Assembly (NCBI GenBank): GCA_003167475.1
Contig: PMTB01000064.1
Coordinates: forward strand, 1 to 63,982
Direction of reading: 5' to 3'
Source of the DNA: a candidate division FCPU426 bacterium
GTDB lineage: Bacteria; Oederibacteriota; PGYV01; Palsa-1178
DNA: 63,982 bases
Shown here: positions 53,129 to 61,719 of the stretch, piece after piece
How the letters are laid out: every line of letters starts with the position of its first letter
Position numbering within the stretch: position 1 is the first letter of the stretch
Made by a program: the position numbers and the translations under genes
Notes under the pieces: model-generated
Databases searched by the model: none
What the model was told of the DNA's origin: nothing
What the model saw: only the letters and a program-made list of their open reading frames with translations

Positions 53129-53249
53129 GCCAAAAGCCAATAGACAAAAGTTAAGGAAGACGAAAAACAGCAAAAAGGGGAGGGCAAGTAAGCCGAAACT
53201 TCACCCCTTTAAAACTTAATAATTTTACTTTTGTCTTTTGGCTTTTGGC
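53129..53249. repeat. 121-bp inverted-repeat element (23-nt arms, 1 mismatch) with an inner hairpin
   Basis: GCCAAAAGCCAATAGACAAAAGT ... ACTTTTGTCTTTTGGCTTTTGGC. The inner stem is AAAGGGG..CCCCTTT. Lies in the divergent queA/rsmG spacer. Confidence 0.8.
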
Positions 53250-53350
53250 TTGGCAACTTGTCCGGTGTATGTTTAATAATATCTCAACGTCTGCAATTGG
53301 GCAAGCCTTTTTAACTTGAAGTAAAACTTCTCCCGTGCCATAATTGCCTT

Positions 53351-54070
53351 ATGGCCGACACAACGATGATAAAAAAATACCTGGCAATGTCTGACATATC
53401 GCTGGGCACAGACGAACTTGCCGGAAAATTCGGTACGCTTCTGGACCTGCTTAAGGAATGGAACGAAAAGTTCAATTTAACCTCCATAACAGAAGACACT
53501 GAGGTGGTAATAAAACACTTTATAGACTCCCTGATGTTAGTTAAATCAAACAAAAGTCAGTCTTGGCAAACAATCATCGATATAGGGACCGGCGCGGGCT
53601 TCCCGGGAATTCCACTGGCAATAATCTTCCCGGAAAAAGAGGTGTTTTTGAGCGATTCAAACGGAAAAAAAATACTTTTTTTAAAGCAGATCCAAGAGTC
53701 GCTGGGATTAAAGAATATAACGATACTTCACGGCAGGAGCGAGGTTCTCAGCCACTCTAAGAAGCTGCGGGAAAATTTTGATATGTCTGTTATGAGGGCG
53801 CTTGCCGCTTTTCCAGTGGCCCTGGAACTGTCCAGCGGACTTGTCAAGCCTGGCGGACAGATAATATATTATGCCAGCGCCAAACAGGCTTCTGAAATAA
53901 CAAAAGACATGAAGTGTCTCAAGGAATTAGGATGTGTCCTTAACGGCATGCAGGAGTATATACTGCCTGAAGATATGGGAACCCACTCGATAGTTTCTGT
54001 TAATAAACTGTGGAAAACACCTTTCAAATACCCCAGGGCGTACGGCGTGATAAAGAAAAAGCCGTTATAA
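53351..54070 (+). CDS. rsmG: 16S rRNA (guanine527-N7)-methyltransferase
   Basis: GidB pattern (NLTSI....V..HF.DSL, DIGTGAGFPGIPLAI, RA.A). Confidence 0.9.
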   Translation: MADTTMIKKYLAMSDISLGTDELAGKFGTLLDLLKEWNEKFNLTSITEDTEVVIKHFIDSLMLVKSNKSQSWQTIIDIGTGAGFPGIPLAIIFPEKEVFLSDSNGKKILFLKQIQESLGLKNITILHGRSEVLSHSKKLRENFDMSVMRALAAFPVALELSSGLVKPGGQIIYYASAKQASEITKDMKCLKELGCVLNGMQEYILPEDMGTHSIVSVNKLWKTPFKYPRAYGVIKKKPL

Positions 54071-54135
54071 AGCCTTTATAAGATATATACTTCAACCGCC
54101 GTAATTTCAGTCTTTGGATTGCTTATGTTAATTAC

Positions 54136-54179
54136 TTTAAACCGGCATTTGTTCCACGTGGAACAAATGCCGGTTTAAA
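54136..54179. promoter_or_regulatory. perfect 44-bp palindrome centred on CACGTG (contains TTGTTCCACGTGGAACAA)
   Basis: TTTAAACCGGCATTTGTTCCAC|GTGGAACAAATGCCGGTTTAAA. Could double as the rsmG terminator. Confidence 0.6.
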
Positions 54180-54219
54180 AAGGAAAGGGCAGCTGAAGTT
54201 AACTGGAACGCCTGGCAAC

Positions 54220-54237
54220 TTGTTCCACGTGGAACAA
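54220..54237. promoter_or_regulatory. second copy of the 18-bp perfect palindrome TTGTTCCACGTGGAACAA
   Basis: Identical 18-mer 71 bp (centre to centre) from the first copy and about 100 nt upstream of recF. Confidence 0.6.
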
Positions 54238-54335
54238 ATGTAATCCATTCAGGCAAGGTGATTTAATGAGGAAAAAACGGTTGAAAGCGCCCCTGACTTG
54301 TATTAGAGTATAATTATAAAAAACAGGAGATGAAT

Positions 54336-55430
54336 GTGTACATAAGAAGGCTGGAACTTAATAACTTCAGGAATTATGACTCGCAGAAACTTGTTTTTAC
54401 ACCCGGCATCAACGTATTCTTCGGGGAGAACGGCACAGGCAAGACCAATATACTTGAAAGCATATACTGGACAGCCATGTCGCGCTCATTCCGCACTGCC
54501 GAGGATCCTATACTGGTCAAACAGGGCAGGGAAAGCGCCAGGATAACAATAGACGCTGTCGATAATGAAATAGAAAAGACGTTTCTCATGGATTATGACT
54601 CGGTAAACAGGAAAAAGAACCTCTATGTGAACGGCACAAGGCTCTCCAGGGTGTCATTGATAGTCGGGCAGGTGCCTGTTGTGCTGTTTTCTCCGGAAAA
54701 TATCATGATAGTAAAAGGCGAGCCGTCATTAAGGAGGCGTTTCCTAGATGATCTGCTCTCCCAGATAGATAATGGATACTATGTAACCCTGAACAAGTAC
54801 CTTAAGGAAGTATCACACCGTAATTATCTCCTGAAAGGAATCAGGGAAGGCCGGATAAAAAGGGAAAACCTGGATATCTGGAACAATCAGATAATGGAAA
54901 ACGGTATAAAACTGCTCGTGCAGCGCCATGCGGCGGTTGAAGAACTTAACCTGATCCTGAAAAAGGAACTCACGGAAGGGAAGTTCGAGGTAAGGCTCGG
55001 ATATATTTCAAAAAATTACGCCTCCTACTCTCCTTCTGACCTGAAAAGTTCTTATATGGAATTTTTTAGGACAAAAATAGAAGATGAGATAATAAGGAGT
55101 GCCACCCTTATCGGGCCGCATAGGGACGATCTGGAGATATACTATAATAATTTGGGGGCTAAAAATTACGCTTCCGAGGGGCAGCAGAGGATAACGACCA
55201 TACTTATGAAACTTGCCGAGGGACTGCTTATAAAAAGAAAAAGGGGCAGCTATCCTGTCGTGCTTCTTGATGATTTTTCCTCGGAACTCGACGAGCCTAA
55301 CAGGGGCTTCATAGGCAAAACTTTTTCTCTTTTTAAGCAGATACTGATCACCACCACATATAAAGAGAACCTCCGCGGATTTGAAGCGGCGAAAGAGTTT
55401 AAAATACAAAACGGAAAGGTTGTAAGTTAG
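54336..55430 (+). CDS. recF: DNA replication and repair protein RecF
   Basis: LELNNFRNY, Walker A GENGTGKTNILE, signature SEGQQR, Walker B VLLDD. The GTG at 54336 is better spaced from AGGAG than the ATG at 54330. Confidence 0.92.
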   Translation: MYIRRLELNNFRNYDSQKLVFTPGINVFFGENGTGKTNILESIYWTAMSRSFRTAEDPILVKQGRESARITIDAVDNEIEKTFLMDYDSVNRKKNLYVNGTRLSRVSLIVGQVPVVLFSPENIMIVKGEPSLRRRFLDDLLSQIDNGYYVTLNKYLKEVSHRNYLLKGIREGRIKRENLDIWNNQIMENGIKLLVQRHAAVEELNLILKKELTEGKFEVRLGYISKNYASYSPSDLKSSYMEFFRTKIEDEIIRSATLIGPHRDDLEIYYNNLGAKNYASEGQQRITTILMKLAEGLLIKRKRGSYPVVLLDDFSSELDEPNRGFIGKTFSLFKQILITTTYKENLRGFEAAKEFKIQNGKVVS

Positions 55431-55484
55431 ATAATACTAACTATAATATGTTAGCACTAACTTAAGAGTGCCTCTTAACCCCCA

Positions 55485-55534
55485 CATTTTCCTAAAATCA
55501 CAAACCAGACCCCTTAAGTGATTTTAGGAAAATG
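55485..55534 (+). promoter_or_regulatory. AAAATC/CAGACC-loop hairpin, copy 4
   Basis: Perfect 17-bp stem CATTTTCCTAAAATCAC / GTGATTTTAGGAAAATG. The loop is AAACCAGACCCCTTAA. The foot lies 8 nt upstream of TTGCCC (55543) -17- (TGa)TATTAT (55566-55571). Confidence 0.65.
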
Positions 55535-55630
55535 ATTTATGATTGCCCTGCCACCTGTATTGTGATATTATTATTTATATCCACAAAAAAGACAATACGG
55601 CTTGAAAGAAATGCCGGCCGGAGGGCAAGT

Positions 55631-56905
55631 TTGAAGATCAAGACCCAGTTCCTGGCGAGCGTAGTTTTTATCATAATCCTGTCCGTATCGCTGATGTCAT
55701 ATGTCATGGTCACCGACACCGGGGACGCCCTTGCGCGGGAAATAAGGGACAAGGCACAGATCATGATGAACTCCATCAAAGGCGTGGCGGTGGAGTCTTT
55801 TGTAAAAAAGGATATCCTGTCCCTCAACTACTATATAAAAGAAGCCGCGGCATCCCCGGGGATACTTTATATCATAGTGACCGACAGGTTCGACACCATA
55901 GTCGGTTCCAGCAACCCAAACGACATGGGCGGAGAGACCGCCCAGATGTACCCCGGGATAAAACTTTCCGGCGATATAGGTCCCATAACCTATAACGGCG
56001 AGGAGCACAAGGTCATTAATTTTACCGGGGATATTTCCATGAAAGCAAAAGAGAGAAAATTTGACATGGGGAAGATATACATCGGTTTTGACCGCAACAT
56101 AATAGACTCAAGGATAAACTCTTTTTATGTCAAAGGCGGCGTCATAGCTTTTGTGGTTATACTGATAGCGGTTATGCTGACGCTTGTCATAACAGGCAGG
56201 ATCATAAAACCGCTGAACCAGCTCATGGAAGGCACGCAAAGGATCGCCTCCGGCGATATGAAGTACAAAATAAAAGTGAGCGTGAAGAACGAGTTTCAGG
56301 CGCTGGCGAACTCATTTAACGATATGACAGGGAGGCTCGACGATTATTATGAGGGTATTCTTAACGCCTTTACCATAGCCGCGGATTCAAAAAACAAATA
56401 CACGCCCAGCCACTCGCTGAAGGTTTCCAGGATGGCCATGGCCATCGCAAAAGGCATGAAACTTTCGGCGCAGCAGACGGAAAATATCAGGCTGGCCGGA
56501 ATACTCATGGACATAGGCAATATAGGGGTGAGGGATTCGGTACTCAACAAGACGGAAATACTCACGCCCGAAGATTTTATCCAGATACAAAAACACCCTG
56601 AGATAGGCGCCAAGATCCTGAAAAATATACCGGCTTTAAGGGACGTGGTGCCCATAGTAATGCAGCATCACGAAAGGTTTGACGGGATGGGCTATCCGGC
56701 GGGATTGCGCGCCGACCAGATAATGGTTGAGGCCAAGATATTGGCCATAGCCGACGCGTATGACGCAATGATCACCGAGCGCGGGCACCGTAAGGCCGTG
56801 GGGATGGACGAAGCCGTATATGAGCTGCGCAGCAACAAAGGAAAACAATTTGATCCGGCCATCACCGAGGTTTTTATAGGCATACTGAACAAGGGGAGCG
56901 TTTAA
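55631..56905 (+). CDS. membrane sensor HD-GYP domain protein (c-di-GMP phosphodiesterase family) with HAMP linker
   Basis: TM - periplasmic domain - TM - HAMP (PLNQLMEGTQRIASGD) - HD (SHSLKV...DIG) ... HHERFDGMGYP. TTG start at 55631 with a GGAGGG RBS. The longer raw ORF would overlap the promoter and hairpin. Confidence 0.8.
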   Translation: MKIKTQFLASVVFIIILSVSLMSYVMVTDTGDALAREIRDKAQIMMNSIKGVAVESFVKKDILSLNYYIKEAAASPGILYIIVTDRFDTIVGSSNPNDMGGETAQMYPGIKLSGDIGPITYNGEEHKVINFTGDISMKAKERKFDMGKIYIGFDRNIIDSRINSFYVKGGVIAFVVILIAVMLTLVITGRIIKPLNQLMEGTQRIASGDMKYKIKVSVKNEFQALANSFNDMTGRLDDYYEGILNAFTIAADSKNKYTPSHSLKVSRMAMAIAKGMKLSAQQTENIRLAGILMDIGNIGVRDSVLNKTEILTPEDFIQIQKHPEIGAKILKNIPALRDVVPIVMQHHERFDGMGYPAGLRADQIMVEAKILAIADAYDAMITERGHRKAVGMDEAVYELRSNKGKQFDPAITEVFIGILNKGSV

Positions 56906-56984
56906 GACATGGCAAGGAAGACGACTTATCTTGAAACAAAGGACAGAATACAGTACAATCAATTTTAAAAGAATCGGGGATAAA

Positions 56985-58229
56985 ATGGAAGACAGAAAAG
57001 ACATATTGAAGACCATCACAAGGTACGCACAGTCAGGGGAATGGCCCAAGGTGATTAAGGAATATGAAAAACTCCTTGCCATGGACCCGAATGACATTAA
57101 TATATATAATTCCATAGGTGAAGCTTACTCGAAAGTCGGCGAGAACAGGAAGGCATTTGAATATTTCAAAAAAGTGCTTGAGGATTACCAGTCCAAAGGG
57201 AACGCCTCAAAGATCATGTTCCTGTATAAAAAAATATCCAAGCTTGACCCGAAAAAATTCGACTTGGACGGGAAAGCCCTGCATGAAAAAATAACAAAGA
57301 TAGTGGCCGCCATAACGCTCTCTGACGCCCAGGACCATGACAATGCCCTGCCGGCCCTGCGCGACGCCGAGAAGATAGATAAAAATAACGCCGACATACA
57401 GATCAGGATCGGGGAGACGTGCGAGAAAAAGGACCTCATAGGCGAGGCCGCGGAAGCCTATACAAAAGCCATCAGGCTCCTTGTCGAAAAAGGCAAAAAA
57501 GACGAAGCGATAATAATAGCGAAGAAAGTTCTCGTCCTGGATAAGGAGAACACGGACGCCATGGCCATGGTGGCCGACGACCTGATATCGAGGGGAAACA
57601 AGGAAAAAGCCGAGGAGATATTCAAGGACCTGCTTATAACCCTTGCCGAGAAGGAAAAGATAGCGGAGGGGCGCGATATAGCCAAGCGCGCCATGGACTT
57701 AAACGTGGAATACGGCAAACAGTTCTACGCCTATTTCCTGTTCAAGGAAAATAAGACCGATGAGGCAAAAAAAATTCTTGAAGGAGTGGAGAGCCTCTCC
57801 GTGGAGGAAAAAGTGCTTCTTGGCAAGATTTACTTCAAGGGCTGCGAATATGACAAGGCGAAATCAATAATGATGTCCCTTGACCCTTCCATAGTCAACG
57901 AGAACATAGAGATACTCGAGGTGATAGGGGATTCCATGCTGAAGATGAGGGAATACAAGCACGCGGCGGAATATTACCTCAAGGCCCTGAAGATCCTCAA
58001 GGCAAACGGCTCCTTTGACGAGGCCATAATCATGGCCAATAAGGTTATGAATGTCGAAACGGAGAACGTGGAGCTTCATGAGATCATGGCCGAGATATAC
58101 ATGAAAAAAGGCATGAAGGTCAAAATAATAGACGAGTACACGAAACTAGCGGCTTTATACGACAAACACGGCCGTTCCGAGGACTCCGCAAAAATCAAAC
58201 AGGTGCTCGCCAAGCTTAAGATGATATGA
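56985..58229 (+). CDS. TPR-repeat protein
   Basis: Repeated 34-aa helical hairpins throughout (A..Y.KAL...P.N...). Confidence 0.75.
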   Translation: MEDRKDILKTITRYAQSGEWPKVIKEYEKLLAMDPNDINIYNSIGEAYSKVGENRKAFEYFKKVLEDYQSKGNASKIMFLYKKISKLDPKKFDLDGKALHEKITKIVAAITLSDAQDHDNALPALRDAEKIDKNNADIQIRIGETCEKKDLIGEAAEAYTKAIRLLVEKGKKDEAIIIAKKVLVLDKENTDAMAMVADDLISRGNKEKAEEIFKDLLITLAEKEKIAEGRDIAKRAMDLNVEYGKQFYAYFLFKENKTDEAKKILEGVESLSVEEKVLLGKIYFKGCEYDKAKSIMMSLDPSIVNENIEILEVIGDSMLKMREYKHAAEYYLKALKILKANGSFDEAIIMANKVMNVETENVELHEIMAEIYMKKGMKVKIIDEYTKLAALYDKHGRSEDSAKIKQVLAKLKMI

Positions 58230-58579
58230 AGCCGCTCGACTGCTCCTTCTGCCATCTTAAGGTCAAAAGCCAGGACGCCCTTGTGCGCTGGCATTATGAA
58301 AAACCAAAAAAATCAGCGGAAAATTTCCAGATAGTGCATGACCGCCTCCCGTGCAATTTCAAGGGCGGGGAAGGTTATTTCAACAGGTCCCTTCCGTTCG
58401 AGTACGTCTTTAAATACATGCCGGAATTTCTGGCGTATATAAAAAGGCTGAAGGTCGGCGAGAAAGAGCTAAAAAAATTTGTTTCTTTGATGGAAAAAGA
58501 CAGGTCCTATATAAGGCGGTATAACGCGGATAAAAAGGAAGTAAAGAAATTAATAATAAGGCTGGAAGGTTTGGAATAA
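58226..58579 (+). CDS. hypothetical protein, translationally coupled (ATGA overlap) to the TPR gene
   Basis: 117 aa with an N-terminal CxxC and no recognisable family. Confidence 0.5.
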   Translation: MKPLDCSFCHLKVKSQDALVRWHYEKPKKSAENFQIVHDRLPCNFKGGEGYFNRSLPFEYVFKYMPEFLAYIKRLKVGEKELKKFVSLMEKDRSYIRRYNADKKEVKKLIIRLEGLE

Positions 58580-58625
58580 AGGCAATTTTGAATTTTTAAT
58601 TGACCCAAAAGGAGCCATTAAGAAC

Positions 58626-59078
58626 ATGGAATGCAAAGAAGTCAGAAAAAAACTCAAAGAGTACGCTGCCGACGAAATATATGACGTGGAAACACGCCGG
58701 GAAACGGAGCTTCATATAGAAACATGCCAGATCTGCAAGCGCGAACTGCTTTTATGGCAGGATGTTGTGGCCAAACAGAAGGAAACTTCCAGGCTTGCTT
58801 CATACCTTGACGGGGATTTCAGGACCAGGGTCAAGTACCGTTTGGCAAAAATAGATTCCGACAGGAACCTGCCTCCGGCCGCCAGGAGGATTATGGCGTT
58901 GCAAAAGGCCTTCAGAAGCGTTACAGGCAGGCTGGTTTTACAGCTGGTGCTCCTGCTCATCGGCGTGCTGTATTTCCTGCTGGTAATGAGAAAAGGCGCA
59001 AATGTATTTTCCGTGTTTTTTATCGTGCTGGGTTTTGGCACCCTTATTTTTCTGCTGTTTCAAAAGAAAAAGAAATAA
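58626..59078 (+). CDS. zf-HC2-type putative anti-sigma factor with C-terminal TM helices
   Basis: MECKEVRKKLKEYAADE...H-x3-C-x2-C (HIETCQICK), then two hydrophobic helices at the C-terminus. No sigma factor gene is adjacent. Confidence 0.55.
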   Translation: MECKEVRKKLKEYAADEIYDVETRRETELHIETCQICKRELLLWQDVVAKQKETSRLASYLDGDFRTRVKYRLAKIDSDRNLPPAARRIMALQKAFRSVTGRLVLQLVLLLIGVLYFLLVMRKGANVFSVFFIVLGFGTLIFLLFQKKKK

Positions 59079-59219
59079 GAACAATAATTTTACCATCCGC
59101 AACGTTCCATAAAATTGCCTTAAAATAAGAAAAAAATACTTTCTTTTTTGCAGGTTTTTTGGTAAATTCAATATATACGGGAAAATGACGTACATCCTTA
59201 AATTAAGGAGAGCCTTAAA

Positions 59220-59969
59220 TTGAAAAAAGCCATACTCCTGGCGACGCTTATGTCATTTTTACTGCCGGGTATTTGTTTTGCGGTTCTTTCCTCAAATTCC
59301 GCGGCCATGAAATACTATGGCGCCGCCGTGTCCTATCATCAGAAAAAAGATTTCAAAAACGCCATGATGTACTATAACGCAGCCATTAAAAAAGACAAGA
59401 AATTCTGGCAGGCCTGGCTTGGGCTCGGCATATGCTATTATTCCATGGCCAAATACAGGAATTCCAAACTCATATTCCAGTATGTCCTGAACCTGAAACC
59501 CGGCGAACCAACCGCGGCAAAATACTACAACATAATGTCCCCGAAAAAAACCGGGAATTATTACGCTCCAGCCGGCAAGAGGAACAAGGGCGACCTGATG
59601 TGGCGCTCGGCGCTGCTGCCGGGCCTTGGCCAGTTCTACAACGGGGAAACGGCAAAGGGTTATATATATTCACTCGCCTATGTGGCCTCTGTAGCCGGTA
59701 TTATAAAGTACGTCATAGATCAAAATGACGCGGTGGCCGCCTATAACAACACCAACTATGATTTTGACGCCAAGTACAAGGCTGCGCAGGATGCCAAGTC
59801 AAAGGTTATAATACCGATAGTCGCGGCAGGTGTGGTTTGGGGAGTGTCCGTGCTGGACGCTTTTTTAAGCGGCAAGGATGATAAGCCGGACCGCCGGCAA
59901 AGGGCCGCGGAAATAAAATTGGACCCGACGATCGTGGCGTCGTATAATTTCGCGCAAATATCATTTTAG
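59220..59969 (+). CDS. secreted TPR protein with WRSA-x-PG-x-GQ-x-YN membrane motif (module 1, gene a)
   Basis: Signal peptide, TPR repeats, WRSALLPGLGQFYNGETAKG plus hydrophobic segments. Paralogue of 60860..61717. TTG start with AAGGAGAG. Confidence 0.65.
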   Translation: MKKAILLATLMSFLLPGICFAVLSSNSAAMKYYGAAVSYHQKKDFKNAMMYYNAAIKKDKKFWQAWLGLGICYYSMAKYRNSKLIFQYVLNLKPGEPTAAKYYNIMSPKKTGNYYAPAGKRNKGDLMWRSALLPGLGQFYNGETAKGYIYSLAYVASVAGIIKYVIDQNDAVAAYNNTNYDFDAKYKAAQDAKSKVIIPIVAAGVVWGVSVLDAFLSGKDDKPDRRQRAAEIKLDPTIVASYNFAQISF

Positions 59970-59976
59970 GAGCTCT

Positions 59977-60858
59977 ATGAAAAAATTAGTTGTCTCAGTC
60001 CTCACAGCCGTTCTTCTGGTGGTTTTTGCCTCATGCAAAGACCTTAAGAGGAACAACCCGTACGACCCTGCGGGCAGCGCCTATGGAGGCGTCACATATA
60101 AAGGGGATGTCTGGTATCCCGACAACACCCTCATCAGCTCCATGATAGTGGTGTCCGGAGGCCTGGTTTTTGGCGGTAGTAATCCGGTTGACGGGGATTG
60201 TGTCATAAAAATGACGGGAGACTCAACCTATACCCTTGCCGGATACCCCGGTGAATTCAGCGGCATCAAGGACTTGTGCGCGGACAATTCCGGGAATATT
60301 TACGTTGTTGACAGCTCGGCAACAGTCAAGACGGTCAGCGTGTCCGACGTCACAGGGTCATGGCCGATCGTCCATACAAGCGGGATTGACAATTTATCAA
60401 TAGAATGTTTAAATAACAGCATATTTATCTCCAATAACGCGGATATGACAATTACCAAGTATGATTTATCAGGGGTTTATGCGGATACGCTGACTTTAAG
60501 TTCCACAACATACGGAAGTTTTGTCCCAGGAAGGCTTTTTAAGGGCCCAAACAGCCTCTATGTGATAAATACGCTGGATCAAAAAGTCATTGTTGAGCTT
60601 TCAGACACGCTGGTAAAAGAGGGAGAGTTAGATTTTCAGGACGTCATAATAGACGGCGCCGCGGCCGGAGCGCAGATACAAATGGTTGCCGGACAGGCTG
60701 TTTATAAAGTGGAAGAGGGACTGAATTTGATATCAAAATGGGGGAACTTCGGGGTCGGGCCAGGCAGGGTATTAAACGGCAAGCTGGTCGCGTATGACAG
60801 CCTGAACAATTGGGTGTACGTGCAGGACGGGCTGACTATAAAAAAGTTCGGAGAGTAA
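59977..60858 (+). CDS. lipoprotein, beta-propeller/NHL-like (module 1, gene b)
   Basis: Lipobox VFASC, NPYDP motif after the Cys, beta-rich repeats, C-terminus TIKKFGE. Paralogue of 61720..62592. Confidence 0.6.
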   Translation: MKKLVVSVLTAVLLVVFASCKDLKRNNPYDPAGSAYGGVTYKGDVWYPDNTLISSMIVVSGGLVFGGSNPVDGDCVIKMTGDSTYTLAGYPGEFSGIKDLCADNSGNIYVVDSSATVKTVSVSDVTGSWPIVHTSGIDNLSIECLNNSIFISNNADMTITKYDLSGVYADTLTLSSTTYGSFVPGRLFKGPNSLYVINTLDQKVIVELSDTLVKEGELDFQDVIIDGAAAGAQIQMVAGQAVYKVEEGLNLISKWGNFGVGPGRVLNGKLVAYDSLNNWVYVQDGLTIKKFGE

Positions 60859-60859
60859 A

Positions 60860-61717
60860 ATGGGGCACATTTTTTTCAGGGTCAGTTTAATCGTTTCATC
60901 ACTTTTTATATTTTTTTCCGCTTCTGTCGCCGTTGATTTTAACGCCCAGCACCGGGTAATAAATGTCGGCGCCCAGGACGCGCCGGCGCGTGTAAGCCCG
61001 ACGACAACCGGACAAACGGTCCAGGCTCTGGCCGAAAGCCAGACTGTGCCGGGGGACGCGGCCCTTTCGAAAGCGGAACAGTATTACAACTATGGGGAAA
61101 AACTTTTCAACGCCGGGGACTACACAAACGCCCTCAAATATTTTTATACAGTGACAAAAATGGATATAAAAAATATCAAAGCCTGGAAAAAAACCGCATT
61201 TTGCTATTATAAACTTCAAAAACACAATTACGCCTACAGCGCCTTTAAAATGGTGTTGAAATACGACCCGGCGGACAAGGACTCGCTTGAATTCATGGAT
61301 TATTACAAAACAATAATCGACAAGAACACGAAAGGCAAAACAAAAAGGGAGCCGTTTGATTCCATCTGGCGTTCCGCCGTATTCCCCGGGTTCGGGCAGG
61401 TTTACAATAACCAGACCGCCAAGGGAATAATCTTCGGCAGCGCTTTTATCGCCGGCGCGGGATTATGCGTTTATTACGTCTCGGACGAAAAGGTAAAGTA
61501 TGACAAATATAAGATCACGAATGAAAACCAGGATATAGCATACAAGCAGGCGCAGGATTCGTGGACAACAGCGCTGGTCTTCGGGATCCTCGCGGGCGCG
61601 GTTTACGCCGGGAGCGTGGCCGACGCTGGCGTAAACTACAACTGCGACGAGGCCCAGACAGCCGGTCTTGAAATAAAAGATAACGCCGTGTACCTGGCGG
61701 CCTCATGCAGGTGGTGA
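60860..61717 (+). CDS. secreted TPR protein with WRSA-x-PG-x-GQ-x-YN membrane motif (module 2, gene a)
   Basis: WRSAVFPGFGQVYNNQTAKG, same architecture as 59220..59969. Confidence 0.65.
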   Translation: MGHIFFRVSLIVSSLFIFFSASVAVDFNAQHRVINVGAQDAPARVSPTTTGQTVQALAESQTVPGDAALSKAEQYYNYGEKLFNAGDYTNALKYFYTVTKMDIKNIKAWKKTAFCYYKLQKHNYAYSAFKMVLKYDPADKDSLEFMDYYKTIIDKNTKGKTKREPFDSIWRSAVFPGFGQVYNNQTAKGIIFGSAFIAGAGLCVYYVSDEKVKYDKYKITNENQDIAYKQAQDSWTTALVFGILAGAVYAGSVADAGVNYNCDEAQTAGLEIKDNAVYLAASCRW

Positions 61718-61719
61718 AG

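Noticed and set aside
53148-53350. The queA/rsmG divergent spacer as oriC, because it is the gene-strand switch point next to gidB.
   Set aside because: I found no DnaA box or near-consensus variant in it. It is occupied mainly by an inverted-repeat element.
54149-54166. The palindrome as a LexA (SOS) box.
   Set aside because: TGTTC-N6-GAACA does not match the spacing of any LexA motif I can recall (for example GAAC-N4-GTTC or TGTTC-N4-GAACA). No lexA gene is in the window. It is left as an operator of an unknown regulator.
55532-55630. N-terminal 33 codons of the raw HD-GYP ORF.
   Set aside because: The start lies inside hairpin copy 4 and upstream of the predicted promoter. The TTG at 55631 with a GGAGGG RBS is the better start.
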